Shown piece after piece: positions 28,140-38,566 of a DNA stretch of 64,000 bases. The position numbers and the translations under genes were made by a program. This DNA comes from Gemmatimonadaceae bacterium (lineage in GTDB: Bacteria > Gemmatimonadota > Gemmatimonadetes > Gemmatimonadales > Gemmatimonadaceae), in assembly GCA_045803545.1 (NCBI GenBank), contig JBJMOW010000002.1, positions 288,001 to 352,000 on the forward strand, in the 5' to 3' direction. How positions within the stretch are numbered: the first letter of the stretch is position 1; each line of letters starts with the position of its first letter. The notes under the pieces are model-generated. The model did no database searches. It was given only the letters and a program-made list of their open reading frames with translations, and had not been told where the DNA came from.

Positions 28140-29458
28140 ACGAGACTCACGAACCCTCACTTACATCGTGGATCGAATCCGCGAATTCGCCGGAAACTGA
28201 CTTCCCGATTCAGAACCTGCCGTTCGGCGTGTTCTCGCGTAAAGGCGACGCAGAACGTCGAGTCGGAGTCGCGATCGGCGATCAGATTGTCGACATCGGC
28301 GAATCTTTGAGCGCTAATCTGTGGACCGGCCCGGCACGCGACGTCGCGCGCTGGTGCGATCGACCGAATCTCAACGAATTGATGCAGGCGCCCCGCGATT
28401 CGCTGTCACAGTTTCGCGGCCGCCTCAGTCAGCTCCTCTCCGGTACGCCTGGAGACAGCGGCGGAATAAATCCGCTCCCACCAGGCGCACTCGTCCCGAT
28501 GGCCGAAGCCGATTTATTTCTGCCGGCGCAGATTGGCGACTACACCGATTTCTACGCCTCGATTTATCACGCGACCAACGTCGGGAAACTGTTTCGGCCG
28601 GAGAGTCCGCTGATGCCGAACTACAAGTACGTCCCCATCGGATATCACGGTCGCTCGTCGTCGATTGTCGTCAGCGGGACCGAGGTTCGACGTCCGCGCG
28701 GTCAGTTCCTGCCACCTGATTCGAAGATTCCAAGCTTCGGCCCATCCGAGATGCTCGACTATGAAGCCGAGGTCGGCTTCTTCGTCGGTGTCGGCAATGA
28801 GATGGGGAAGCCCATACCAATCGAAGAAGCCGAGGCGCACATTTTTGGCATCTGCCTGGTGAATGACTGGTCGGCGCGCGACATCCAGTCATGGGAATAC
28901 CAACCGCTTGGACCCTTCCTCGGCAAGAATTTCGGAACGACTGTCTCCCCGTGGGTGGTGACCTGGGAAGCTTTGGAGCCCTATCGAGTCCCTGCCTTCT
29001 TTCGTCCGCCCAACGATCCGCAGCCCTTACCGCACCTTTCGTCGGAGCACGACCGCAACGAAGGCGGCATCGACCTCAACATCGAAGTATTTATCCGGTC
29101 GCTGTTAATGCGCGAAGGACGGCTGCGTCCGTTCAAGTTGAGCAACGCCTCGCTGGCGGACATGTATTGGACCCCGGGCCAGATGCTCACCCATCACACC
29201 AGCAACGGCTGCAACATGCGGCCAGGCGATCTCTTCGCGAGCGGTACCGTGTCGGGCCCGGACTCTCACTCGCAGGGCTGCTTGCTCGAGCTGACTCGTC
29301 GTGGCGCCGAGCCGGTGGTTCTCCCGACCGGGGAAGAACGGCGCTTCCTCCACGACGGCGACGAGATCATCATGCGCGCCTATCTTCAACGTGAGGGTGC
29401 TGCCCGCATCGGACTTGGCGAGTGCTCTGGCCTCATAGTCGCATCATCGAGAGCCTGA
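28136..29458 (+). CDS. fahA: fumarylacetoacetase
   Basis: DFPIQNLPFGVFS, GDYTDFYAS..HATNVG, YHGRSSS, LDYEAE, NDWSARDIQSWEYQPLGPFLGKNF. Confidence 0.95.
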   Translation: MNETHEPSLTSWIESANSPETDFPIQNLPFGVFSRKGDAERRVGVAIGDQIVDIGESLSANLWTGPARDVARWCDRPNLNELMQAPRDSLSQFRGRLSQLLSGTPGDSGGINPLPPGALVPMAEADLFLPAQIGDYTDFYASIYHATNVGKLFRPESPLMPNYKYVPIGYHGRSSSIVVSGTEVRRPRGQFLPPDSKIPSFGPSEMLDYEAEVGFFVGVGNEMGKPIPIEEAEAHIFGICLVNDWSARDIQSWEYQPLGPFLGKNFGTTVSPWVVTWEALEPYRVPAFFRPPNDPQPLPHLSSEHDRNEGGIDLNIEVFIRSLLMREGRLRPFKLSNASLADMYWTPGQMLTHHTSNGCNMRPGDLFASGTVSGPDSHSQGCLLELTRRGAEPVVLPTGEERRFLHDGDEIIMRAYLQREGAARIGLGECSGLIVASSRA

Positions 29459-29477
29459 TCCAACCAATCGACAAGCG

Positions 29478-29984
29478 ATGCCGAGTACCTCCAGCGAGCC
29501 ACTGTATGCGGTTCGCAGATCTTCTATTCACGGTCGTGGTGTGTTCGCGACTCGACACATCAAGAAAGGAACGCGGATCATCGAGTACACCGGCGAGCGA
29601 ATCAGCAACCGCGAGGCCGACCGGCGATACGACGACAGCCGCATGAAGAAGCACCACACCTTTCTTTTCACTCTCGACAAGAAAACGGTGGTCGACGGCG
29701 CGATCGCTGCCGGCGGCAGCGTCGCCAGTTTCATTAACCACTCGTGTGATCCGAACTGCGAAGCAATTATACGCGGCAAGCGGATCTACATTCACGCCAA
29801 GCAGGACATCGATCCGGGCACCGAGCTCGCTTACGACTACCAGTATGAGCGCACCGGCGAAGATGACGAAGAGCTGGAAAAGTTCTACTTTTGCCGCTGT
29901 GGTGCGGACAACTGTCGTGGTACCATCATGAAACCGCCTCCGAAGAAAAAGTCCGTGCGCCGAAAGCGGATGACGCGCAGATAA
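29478..29984 (+). CDS. SET-domain protein-lysine methyltransferase with post-SET zinc site
   Basis: SSIHGRGVFA, IEYTGE, FINHSCDPNC, ELAYDY, CRCGADNCRG. Confidence 0.93.
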   Translation: MPSTSSEPLYAVRRSSIHGRGVFATRHIKKGTRIIEYTGERISNREADRRYDDSRMKKHHTFLFTLDKKTVVDGAIAAGGSVASFINHSCDPNCEAIIRGKRIYIHAKQDIDPGTELAYDYQYERTGEDDEELEKFYFCRCGADNCRGTIMKPPPKKKSVRRKRMTRR

Positions 29985-30065
29985 CACGTCTCAGGCCGGG
30001 CTGGACTTCATCCGTATTGGCTGGTTATGGTGGATTAGATCAAAAAAACCCCCTGGAGAATCAGC

Positions 30066-32108
30066 ATGCGCTTTGTCACTCCCACCCGTGCGCTCGCACT
30101 ACTCGTCCTGATAAGCGGCTCGGCAGCGGCTCAGAATGCCGTCCCGATGCAGAGCAAACCGCTCGATCCCGCCAACCTCGACCGTTCCGTTTCGGCATGT
30201 ACTGATTTTTATCAGTTCGCCAATGGCGGCTGGGTGAACAGTCACCCTGTGCCTCCCGCGTACTCGACCTGGGGCAGCTTCGCCGAGCTATCGGAGAACA
30301 ATCAGAGCAACCTGCTAACGATTCTTCGCAACGCGTCGGCGAGCGGCGACAAACAGGCCAACGCTGATTTGCGTAAGCTCGCCACGTACTACTCGTCCTG
30401 CATGGATTCCGCGACCACCGAAAGTGCCGGTTATCAGCCGATCCAACCGGCATTGGCGCGGGTCGCGGCGATCACCAATCGCGCTCAAATCGAGGCCGAG
30501 GTTGCGCGCCTTCACTCGCAGGGCATTTCTGCGGTGTTCGGGTTCGGTTCCCAGCAAGATGCGAAAAACAGCTCGCAGGTGATCGCCGGCATTCGGCAGG
30601 GCGGTTTGTCGCTACCGGATCGAGAATACTATTTGAATCAGGACAAGAGCTACGCGGATATTCGCGCGAATTACACCGACCACGTCGCGAAGATGTTTCA
30701 ACTGGTTGGGGAAAGTCAGGCGCAGGCCACCGCCGACGCGCAGAGAGTGATCGGTCTGGAGACCGCGCTCGCCAGGCCAGCGAGAACCCGCGTCGAGCTG
30801 CGCGACCCGAATCGCAATTACAACAGGATGACGGCCGCCGAGCTGGCGCAGCTGGCTCCGCGTTTCAATTGGCCGCGCTTCTTCACCGGTGAAGGCCGCG
30901 CGGACATTTCGACGATCAACGTGCAAAACCCCGACTTCCTCAAAGCGGTCGATAGCCTGATGGCGACTGTTCCGCTCGAGGATTGGAAGGCGTACCTCCG
31001 CTGGAAGATTCTCGACACTGCCGCCCCGAGTCTCAGCTCGGGATTCGTCAACGAGGATTTCCGATTCAGCAGCACCCTCAGCGGCGCCAAGGAGCAGCTT
31101 CCGCGCGATAAGCGTTGTGCGCGCGCGACCGACCAGGGACTTCGTGATGCGCTCGGTCAGGCGTACGTGTCGCAATTCTTCACGCCCCAGGCAAAGTCGC
31201 GCGCCCTCGAGATGGTCAACAACCTCCAGTCCGTTTTTCGCGATCGCCTGCAGACCCGTGCCTGGATGGGCGACTCGACCAAGGCGATGGCGAGCGCGAA
31301 GCTCACTGCATTCAACAAAAAGATCGGATACCCCGATAAGTGGCGTGACTACACGAGTCTGACAATCAAGCCGGGCGCGTTTTACAACAATGCGCTGGCC
31401 GTTCGGGAATACGAGCGGAAGCGCGACCTCGCAAAGATCGGTCAGCCGCTCGACCGCGCGGAGTGGGGAATGACACCCCCGACAGTAAATGCGTACTACA
31501 GTCCGACATACAACGAAATTGTTTTCCCGGCTGGCATCCTTCAGCCGCCTTTCTTCGATCCCAATGCCGACGACGCGGTGAATTACGGCGGCATGGGTGC
31601 CGTGATCGGGCATGAGATGACGCACGGCTTCGACGATCAGGGCGCGCAGTTCGACGCTCAGGGCAATTTGCGCAATTGGTGGACGGCGTCCGATCTCGAC
31701 AAGTTCAAGCAGGGGACCGGCCTAGTCGCGTCCCAGTTTGATTCGTACAGCGTGCTGGACTCGGTGCACGTCAACGGCAAACTGACGCTGGGTGAGAATC
31801 TCGCGGACCTTGGCGGTCTCTCGATCTCATACGCCGCGCTCGAGAAAGCACTGGCGCAAAAGGGTCGGCCACCGCTCATCGACGGGTTTACGCCCGAGCA
31901 GCGCTTCTTCCTGGCGTGGGCGCAGATCTGGCGGTCCAACACCACTCCGGCACGGCAGCGCGTGTTGATAAACACTGACCCGCATGCTCCGGCCCGTTGG
32001 AGAACGAATGGACCTCTGTCCAATATGCCCGAGTTCGCCGCTGCTTTCGGCTGCAAATCCGGCGATCCGATGGTGCGAGCTGATTCCGTTCGACCAGTAA
32101 TCTGGTAG
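30066..32108 (+). CDS. M13 family (neprilysin/PepO-like) metallopeptidase, exported
   Basis: Signal peptide; CTDFYQFANGGW, VNAYY, GHEMTHGFDD, GENLADLGG, TDPHAP. Confidence 0.95.
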   Translation: MRFVTPTRALALLVLISGSAAAQNAVPMQSKPLDPANLDRSVSACTDFYQFANGGWVNSHPVPPAYSTWGSFAELSENNQSNLLTILRNASASGDKQANADLRKLATYYSSCMDSATTESAGYQPIQPALARVAAITNRAQIEAEVARLHSQGISAVFGFGSQQDAKNSSQVIAGIRQGGLSLPDREYYLNQDKSYADIRANYTDHVAKMFQLVGESQAQATADAQRVIGLETALARPARTRVELRDPNRNYNRMTAAELAQLAPRFNWPRFFTGEGRADISTINVQNPDFLKAVDSLMATVPLEDWKAYLRWKILDTAAPSLSSGFVNEDFRFSSTLSGAKEQLPRDKRCARATDQGLRDALGQAYVSQFFTPQAKSRALEMVNNLQSVFRDRLQTRAWMGDSTKAMASAKLTAFNKKIGYPDKWRDYTSLTIKPGAFYNNALAVREYERKRDLAKIGQPLDRAEWGMTPPTVNAYYSPTYNEIVFPAGILQPPFFDPNADDAVNYGGMGAVIGHEMTHGFDDQGAQFDAQGNLRNWWTASDLDKFKQGTGLVASQFDSYSVLDSVHVNGKLTLGENLADLGGLSISYAALEKALAQKGRPPLIDGFTPEQRFFLAWAQIWRSNTTPARQRVLINTDPHAPARWRTNGPLSNMPEFAAAFGCKSGDPMVRADSVRPVIW

Positions 32109-32123
32109 TCGTTGTTCGCAATG

Positions 32124-32161
32124 ACGAGGCGTCGGCTCAACCGGCGCCTCGTTCGTTTTTT
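32124..32161 (+). terminator. intrinsic terminator
   Basis: acgaggcgtcgg-ctcaa-ccggcgcctcgt followed by a T-rich tail. Confidence 0.7.
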
Positions 32162-32186
32162 CGGCGGCAACGACTAACTTGCAGTC

Positions 32187-32600
32187 ATGACCGCCAGATC
32201 TTTCTACTACAGGGAGACGGATGGAATTCGTGTCACCGTTCGCCCCGTCTACCTTCGCGATCATTCCGAGCCGTCACAGAGCCATTATGTTTTCGCGTAC
32301 TTCGTGCGCATTGAAAACGTTGGCAAACTTGCGGCGCAGCTTCTGACCAGGCGGTGGCTCATTCACGACTCCGTTGGCGATGGCCTCGATACCGAAGTGA
32401 TTGGTGAAGGGGTCGTGGGCGAGCAGCCGACAATCATGCCCGGCGCGGTACATGAGTACCAAAGCTTTTGCATACTGAAGTCGGGCGAAGGTTGGATGGA
32501 GGGGCACTACGGTCTCCTGCGTCAGGACGGTGCACCTTTCGAAGCAGCGATCCCACGCTTCATACTCAGCGCCAGCGAATCGACAAGCTTGCCATCATAA
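32187..32600 (+). CDS. apaG: ApaG protein
   Basis: YVFAYFVRIEN, QLLTRRWLI, GEGVVGEQP, GWMEGHY, IPRF. Confidence 0.93.
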   Translation: MTARSFYYRETDGIRVTVRPVYLRDHSEPSQSHYVFAYFVRIENVGKLAAQLLTRRWLIHDSVGDGLDTEVIGEGVVGEQPTIMPGAVHEYQSFCILKSGEGWMEGHYGLLRQDGAPFEAAIPRFILSASESTSLPS

Positions 32601-32631
32601 CACGCGCACGACAGTTGCCTCGTCCCCGGCT

Positions 32632-33261
32632 GTGAGCCGCATCTACGATCTCTCTGTTCCGATCAAAACCGGGGGACTTGTCTATCCCGGCAATCCGGAA
32701 ATCAGTGTCGAGCTCCAACAGGCTGTCGCCAAGGGTGCCGGCGCCAACGTGTCGCTGGTCCGATTCGGCTCCCACACCGGCACTCACGCGGATGCGCCGC
32801 GCCATTTCTTCGACGACGGCCAGGCCGTAGACCAGATTCCGCTCGAGCGTTTGATTGGACCCGCGATGTTGATCACGTTTCCGGACGACGTAAAGTCAGT
32901 GACAGCCGAGCATCTGAAATCCAAGAACATCTCCGGTCAGAAGCGCGTGCTGATCCGGACTCGCAACTCCGCGCTGTTGTCGCAGAAGGAATTCGTACCC
33001 GATTACACTTTTCTCGCGCCGGACGGAGCCCAATACCTCGTTGACATCGGTATCGAGCTCGTCGGTGTGGATTATCTCTCCATCGAACAGTTCCACTCCG
33101 GCCACCACCGGACGCACAAAACCTTGCTGGCTCGGTCGGTGGTGATTGTCGAAGGCCTCAACCTCTCCGCCCCGCCGCCGGGCGAGTACCAGTTCATCTG
33201 CCTCCCGCTCCGTCTGGAAGAATGTGACGGCGCACCAGCGCGCGCGGTACTGATTTCATGA
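32632..33261 (+). CDS. cyclase family (kynurenine formamidase-like) metal hydrolase
   Basis: YDLSVP, HTGTHADAPRHF, GVDYLS, IVEGLNL, LPLRL..DGAPARAV. Confidence 0.9.
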   Translation: MSRIYDLSVPIKTGGLVYPGNPEISVELQQAVAKGAGANVSLVRFGSHTGTHADAPRHFFDDGQAVDQIPLERLIGPAMLITFPDDVKSVTAEHLKSKNISGQKRVLIRTRNSALLSQKEFVPDYTFLAPDGAQYLVDIGIELVGVDYLSIEQFHSGHHRTHKTLLARSVVIVEGLNLSAPPPGEYQFICLPLRLEECDGAPARAVLIS

Positions 33262-33881
33262 CCGAGGTCAATCACATCTTCTTCGACATCGGCGGTGTAC
33301 TCGGCTCCAACGGCTGGGACCGAGAGCAGCGCAATCGCGCTGTTGAGCGGTTTCATCTCGATGCCGAGGATTTTCAGTGGCGCCACGAGGACGTGGTCGG
33401 CGAATGGGAGGAGGGGCGCATTACTCTCGACGAGTATCTCGACATCTCCGTCTTCCATACGGAGCGCAAGTTCACGAGGAGCGCCTTCATCAGGTTCATG
33501 CTCGACCAGAGTGTAGCACACCCTGAAGCAATCGCCGTCGCCCGCTCGCTCGCGCAGACGCGTCAATTTCGGATGATGACGCTCAACAACGAGTCGGAAG
33601 AGCTCAACAATTATCGCATTCGCGAGTTTGGGCTGGCCCCAATTTTTGAGGCGTTCATTTCCTCCTGCTGGCTCAGTGTGCGCAAACCCTTCCGGCGCTT
33701 TTACAATCGAGCCCTCGGTATTGCGCAATGCGAGCCGTCTCGCTCGCTGTTCATCGACGACCGGCAGCAGAATCTCACACCGGCCAAATCGATGGGGATG
33801 AACGTCATTCTGTACCAATCGGCACCGCAGCTGCGCGCCGACCTGGAAGCTTTTCTCCAATTGCAACTTTCCGGAGCCTGA
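33258..33881 (+). CDS. HAD family phosphatase
   Basis: FFDIGGVL, LNNE, RKP, FIDDR..N. Confidence 0.9.
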   Translation: MTEVNHIFFDIGGVLGSNGWDREQRNRAVERFHLDAEDFQWRHEDVVGEWEEGRITLDEYLDISVFHTERKFTRSAFIRFMLDQSVAHPEAIAVARSLAQTRQFRMMTLNNESEELNNYRIREFGLAPIFEAFISSCWLSVRKPFRRFYNRALGIAQCEPSRSLFIDDRQQNLTPAKSMGMNVILYQSAPQLRADLEAFLQLQLSGA

Positions 33882-33885
33882 GCAA

Positions 33886-34785
33886 ATGCGTCTTGCGATG
33901 ATCGGATTGGGACGGATGGGCGGAAACATGACCGAGCGGCTCATGAAAGGCGGTCACGAGGTCGTCGCGTTTGACCGCACACCCGCGACGGTGCAGAAGT
34001 ACGAAGCCCTGGGTGCGAAGGGCGCGCACACCCTCCGCGAAGTCCTGGACAATCTCAAAGCACCGCGCATTGTCTGGATCATGGTGCCCGCCGGTAAGCC
34101 GGTTGACGACACCATCGCTCAGCTAATGTCGGGTCTGTCGAAAGGTGATGTCATCATTGATGGCGGCAACTCGAACTTTCACGACACCATGCGCCGCGCG
34201 GCCGACCTCGCGACAAAGGGAATTCATTTCGTCGATTCAGGAACCAGCGGCGGCATTTGGGGCCTCGCCAACGGTTATTGCCTGATGATTGGCGCGTCCG
34301 AGGAGTCGTTCAAACTCTGCGAGCCGATTTTCCGCACGCTTGCGCCGAAGGATGGCTACGCTCGCATGGGCCCGCCCGGTTCGGGGCACTATGTGAAGAT
34401 GGTGCACAACGGCATCGAGTACGGTATGCTCCAGGCCTACGCCGAGGGTTACGAGATCCTTCACGCTTCAAAGGAATTCAAGCTCGACCTCCACGAGATC
34501 GCCGCCGTCTGGAATCATGGCAGCGTGGTGAGATCCTGGCTCAACGAGCTCGCCGAGACCGCGTTTGAGAAGGACATCGATCTGAAAGATCTGCGCGGCT
34601 ACGTCGAGGATTCCGGCGAGGGACGCTGGACGGTGCAGGAAGCGATCGACCTCGATGTCCCGGCACCAGTGATCACCCTTTCGTTGTTGACGAGACTTCG
34701 CTCGCGCCAGGCGGACTCGTTCTCCGCCAAAGTCATCGCCGCCCTGCGAAACGAATTTGGCGGACACGCGGTAAAGAAGTCATGA
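33886..34785 (+). CDS. gnd: 6-phosphogluconate dehydrogenase, decarboxylating (short YqeC/GntZ-type)
   Basis: [50 protein letters not shown]. Confidence 0.95.
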   Translation: MRLAMIGLGRMGGNMTERLMKGGHEVVAFDRTPATVQKYEALGAKGAHTLREVLDNLKAPRIVWIMVPAGKPVDDTIAQLMSGLSKGDVIIDGGNSNFHDTMRRAADLATKGIHFVDSGTSGGIWGLANGYCLMIGASEESFKLCEPIFRTLAPKDGYARMGPPGSGHYVKMVHNGIEYGMLQAYAEGYEILHASKEFKLDLHEIAAVWNHGSVVRSWLNELAETAFEKDIDLKDLRGYVEDSGEGRWTVQEAIDLDVPAPVITLSLLTRLRSRQADSFSAKVIAALRNEFGGHAVKKS

Positions 34786-36356
34786 GAACACCACAAGCAG
34801 TGCCACTCGTAAGGGCGCCGCGGAAGCGCGGCAGTCGCGACAAGGCTGATCCGTGCACACTCGTCATCTTCGGCGGCGCCGGCGATCTCACCAAGCGCAA
34901 GCTGATTCCCGCGATCTACTACCTCGCCGAGCAGAAACTGCTGCCGGACAATTTCGCGCTGCTCGGCGTCGCGCGCGATCAGAACACCGATGACAGTTAT
35001 CGCGCAATGATGCGCGACGCGATGAACAAGTCCGACGAGATCCACAAGGTCAACGACGATGTGTGGCAGTGGCTATGCCAGCGGACTTTTTACGCAGGCG
35101 GTGATTTCACCACTGAGGCCGCCTACGCCAACATCGAGAAGCGTCTCAACGAAATCGAGTCGCGCTCCGAGCAGCAGGATCGCAACCGGTTGTTCTACCT
35201 GGCGATTCCGCCGAGCGTATTCGAGGTCACGTTGAAGCACCTCTGCACGAGCGGACTTGCGTGGCGCACGCACTCGTACGAAGAGCGGCCCTGGATTCGT
35301 GCAGTTGTCGAAAAGCCGTTTGGGACCAGTCTCGACTCCGCGCGCGCGCTCAACCGGCTGGTCCTCGATGAGTTCGGCGAGCACCAGATCTACCGCATCG
35401 ATCACTATCTCGGGAAAGAGAGCGTTCAGAACATCCTGGTGTTCCGCTTCGCGAACTCGATCTTCGAGCCCCTCTGGAATCGCCATTACATCTCGCACGT
35501 GCAGATCACCGCTGCCGAATCGGTGGGCGTGGAAGGACGCGGCAAGTACTACGAGGAAGCCGGTGTGATGCGGGACATGTTCCAGAATCACCTGCTGCAG
35601 CTGTTGACACTGGCAGCGATGGAGCCGCCAAGCTCTTTCACCGCCGACGCAGTGCGCGACGAGAAAGTGAAAGTGCTTCATTCACTTCGGCCGCTGGTCA
35701 ATGACGATTGTCCACCGGCTGTCGTGCGAGCGCAGTATGGGCCAGGCCAGATGGATGGGAAGTCGGTTCCGGGCTACACCAGCGAACCCGACGTTGCGCC
35801 GCGTTCATTGACGCCCACCTTCGCTGCGATGAAGGTCCTGATCGACAACTGGCGGTGGAAAGGAATTCCGTTTTACCTGCGCTCCGGCAAGCGAATGGAG
35901 CGTCGGGTTTCCGAAATCGCGATCCAGTTTCGTTCGCCGCCGCTTTTGTTGTTCGGTCAAAAAGCAGTCGAAGAGATGTCGCCGAGCGTATTGGTGCTTC
36001 GCGTTCAGCCGAACGAGGGGATCTCGCTTCGCTTCCAGGTCAAAACGCCCGGTGCGATGCACGAGCTCACCCCCGGACTGGAGATTACGCCGGTCGACAT
36101 GGATTTCACCTACGCCGAGGCGTTTGGCAATGACGCGCACCCGGCGTACGAAACGCTGCTGCTCGATTGCATGATCGGAGATCCTACTCTTTTCACTCGC
36201 AGCGACGAGGTGGAGATGGCGTGGTCGATCATCGATCCCGTGCTGGATTACTGGCAAAGGCATCCGGTGGAAAACCTGCCCACCTACCCAGCGGGCAGCT
36301 GGGGCCCAACGGAAGCAAACTCATTGCTCGATGGAGACCACACTCGTTGGCGATAG
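34782..36356 (+). CDS. zwf: glucose-6-phosphate 1-dehydrogenase
   Basis: [40 protein letters not shown]. Confidence 0.97.
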   Translation: MRTPQAVPLVRAPRKRGSRDKADPCTLVIFGGAGDLTKRKLIPAIYYLAEQKLLPDNFALLGVARDQNTDDSYRAMMRDAMNKSDEIHKVNDDVWQWLCQRTFYAGGDFTTEAAYANIEKRLNEIESRSEQQDRNRLFYLAIPPSVFEVTLKHLCTSGLAWRTHSYEERPWIRAVVEKPFGTSLDSARALNRLVLDEFGEHQIYRIDHYLGKESVQNILVFRFANSIFEPLWNRHYISHVQITAAESVGVEGRGKYYEEAGVMRDMFQNHLLQLLTLAAMEPPSSFTADAVRDEKVKVLHSLRPLVNDDCPPAVVRAQYGPGQMDGKSVPGYTSEPDVAPRSLTPTFAAMKVLIDNWRWKGIPFYLRSGKRMERRVSEIAIQFRSPPLLLFGQKAVEEMSPSVLVLRVQPNEGISLRFQVKTPGAMHELTPGLEITPVDMDFTYAEAFGNDAHPAYETLLLDCMIGDPTLFTRSDEVEMAWSIIDPVLDYWQRHPVENLPTYPAGSWGPTEANSLLDGDHTRWR

Positions 36357-36358
36357 CC

Positions 36359-38338
36359 GTGCAAATCCTCGCTCTGTTGGCAGTCGTGCTCAGTTCCGCC
36401 GCGTGCCAGAACCCTAAGTCCAGTCAACAAGACTCAGCCCGTATCCTCGAGGGGGATACAGCGGCTCACGTGCTGCCGACCGACGATCGTGCGCTTGTAC
36501 TGCGCGCGCGGGAGCTCGACCGAGCTGATAGCCTCGATCAGGCGCGTGCTGCTTACGCGGATGCTGCCGCGAGGCTCCCGCAGCTTTCAGACTGGCTGTA
36601 CCTTCGCGCGGCCGGCGTGACCGCTGACAGTAGCCAGCGCGCGTCTTACTTCGCGAAGGTCCACGGGGACGTCGCACGTAGTCGCGTTCCGGTCACCGAC
36701 GCTATCGCGCGCGAGCGGACTCATGATCTCGCCGGCGCAATCCGCGCCTACACCGCCGCCGGAGAACGACTCGACGCGTTGCGGCTGCGTGTCAATCCTC
36801 CCTCTGACGAAGCGTCCCGCGCCGCGGCGCGCGGAGACCTGTTGGCCTTCATCTCTTCGTCGGGCAATTCGGCTGACGTTCGCACTGCCGTCGATTTGTT
36901 CGACAAGGTCTTCACGACTACGACTCCGGGCGAAGAGCTGTCGCTTGCGCGCGCTGCGAGCAAAGCGGGTTTGCCCGAGCGCGCCGCCAAGGGCTATGCG
37001 AAAGCGATCGCCGCCGGGCTTGGCGACGCGTCCGACAATTTCTCGTACGGCTCGGTTCTGTTTCGCCTGCGGCGCTACCCCGATGCGGCAAACCAGTTTG
37101 CGCGGGTGAGCTCACCACCCAATCTGGCAGCCGCTGCGCAATATCAACGTGCCCGCGCGCAGATCGCAGCGGGCAACAATGCGCTGGGACGCGCCACGTT
37201 ACGCGCGATAACGACGGCTTTTCCGAAAGACACGAGCTCGGCGTCGGCGTTGCTGCTCCTCGCGGATCTCGCCACCGACGAAAACCGCGATCAGGACGCG
37301 AGAGCAGCCTTGATGACGTTGTTGAAGCGGTTCCCGTCGGGTCGGCACGCCGCCACGGCGCGCTTCCGCGCAGGCATGATCGCCTATATCCAGACCGACA
37401 GAAAGTCTGCCGCCGCGGAATTCGATTCACTCTACACGCGCGACTCGAACAGCACCGATGGTCTCGCATCGCTATACTGGGCCGGGCGCTCTTACGCAGC
37501 GTTGGGAAACAAAGCAAAGGCAAATGAAAGGTGGCGGGCGCTCATCAAGCGCGAGCCACTGAGCTATTACGCGGTGATGGCGGCAAAGAGACTGGACACG
37601 ACATTGGTGTCGCCTGATCGCTCGCCGCCGAACTACGCTAGAATCCCAGCCGTCGATTCCGCGCTGAATCGGATCGTTGGGCTTCGTGATCTCGGTATGG
37701 ATGTCGAGGCCGGGTTCGAGAACGATCGGCTGTTCCGTGATGCGCTTGGCGATCAGCGGCGAATGGTCGCGACGGCGCACGCGCTCGCTGGCAGCGATCA
37801 ATCATCGCGATCGATCGCGCTCGGGAAGAAGGCACTCGACGATATCGGTTACAGTCCGGAAAATTTCCGGCTTTACTTCCCGGTGCTGGAACGTGAGACA
37901 CTGATCTCGAGCTCGAAAGAAAACCGTTTGGATCCAGCTCTCGTCGCAGCGGTGATCCGACAGGAGTCCAGCTTCAATCCGCAGGCGACGTCGCCGGCCG
38001 GTGCGCGTGGATTGATGCAGCTCATGCCGCCCGTCGGTCAGGCGCTCGCCGCGCAAAAGGGGATTGGTCCCTGGAATCCGGATCTTCTCTATCAGCCGGA
38101 CGTGAGCATCAAGCTTGGCACCACTCACCTCAGCGAGCTGGTGCGAAAATACCCGGAAGTCGTGAAAGCCTTAGCCGCTTACAACGCCGGCGAATCGAGG
38201 GTCGAGAAATGGTCGACGAAGGCGGGCGCAAACGATCCGGAAGTATTCACGGAGCGCATTCCTTTCGTTGAAACGCGCGATTACGTGCGAACCATTCTTC
38301 GCAATCGCGCATACTACCAGGCGCTTTATCCCTGGTAG
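36359..38338 (+). CDS. slt: TPR-containing soluble lytic transglycosylase (Slt70-like) lipoprotein
   Basis: GTG start after zwf, lipobox SAAC, helical repeats; IRQESSF, GARGLMQLMP, AAYNAG, IPFVETRDYV. Confidence 0.9.
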   Translation: MQILALLAVVLSSAACQNPKSSQQDSARILEGDTAAHVLPTDDRALVLRARELDRADSLDQARAAYADAAARLPQLSDWLYLRAAGVTADSSQRASYFAKVHGDVARSRVPVTDAIARERTHDLAGAIRAYTAAGERLDALRLRVNPPSDEASRAAARGDLLAFISSSGNSADVRTAVDLFDKVFTTTTPGEELSLARAASKAGLPERAAKGYAKAIAAGLGDASDNFSYGSVLFRLRRYPDAANQFARVSSPPNLAAAAQYQRARAQIAAGNNALGRATLRAITTAFPKDTSSASALLLLADLATDENRDQDARAALMTLLKRFPSGRHAATARFRAGMIAYIQTDRKSAAAEFDSLYTRDSNSTDGLASLYWAGRSYAALGNKAKANERWRALIKREPLSYYAVMAAKRLDTTLVSPDRSPPNYARIPAVDSALNRIVGLRDLGMDVEAGFENDRLFRDALGDQRRMVATAHALAGSDQSSRSIALGKKALDDIGYSPENFRLYFPVLERETLISSSKENRLDPALVAAVIRQESSFNPQATSPAGARGLMQLMPPVGQALAAQKGIGPWNPDLLYQPDVSIKLGTTHLSELVRKYPEVVKALAAYNAGESRVEKWSTKAGANDPEVFTERIPFVETRDYVRTILRNRAYYQALYPW

Positions 38339-38529
38339 CGCTCGACGTCCGTGTTCTCTGGTAGCTCGCCGCGGCGCCGCTTGAACCAGTCCAGCAGCCA
38401 CGTCCCTGGAATTGCGAACAGGGGCGTAAGAAAAAATCCGAGCAGGGAATTGAGCCAGATCAGCGCGATGTAAAACGCGATCAGGCCGAATGAAACCCAG
38501 AGCGTACCGAGTGGACCGTGCGTTTCCAA
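38326..38529 (-). CDS. small hypothetical membrane protein (67 aa), divergent from tilS
   Basis: AAGGGA 7 nt before TTG 38529; hydrophobic hairpin followed by KRRR; coding-like codon usage. Confidence 0.55.
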   Translation of the reverse strand: METHGPLGTLWVSFGLIAFYIALIWLNSLLGFFLTPLFAIPGTWLLDWFKRRRGELPENTDVERYQG

Positions 38530-38566
38530 GCGGAAATCCCTTGTGGATAGGTAGATTAAAGCTACC

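Noticed and set aside
36167..36358. ORF-track N-terminal extensions (slt from 36167; also 25671, 26153, 28070, 53058, 57585)
   Set aside because: They overlap upstream genes or regulatory DNA; downstream starts fit signal peptides, RBSs or coupling better
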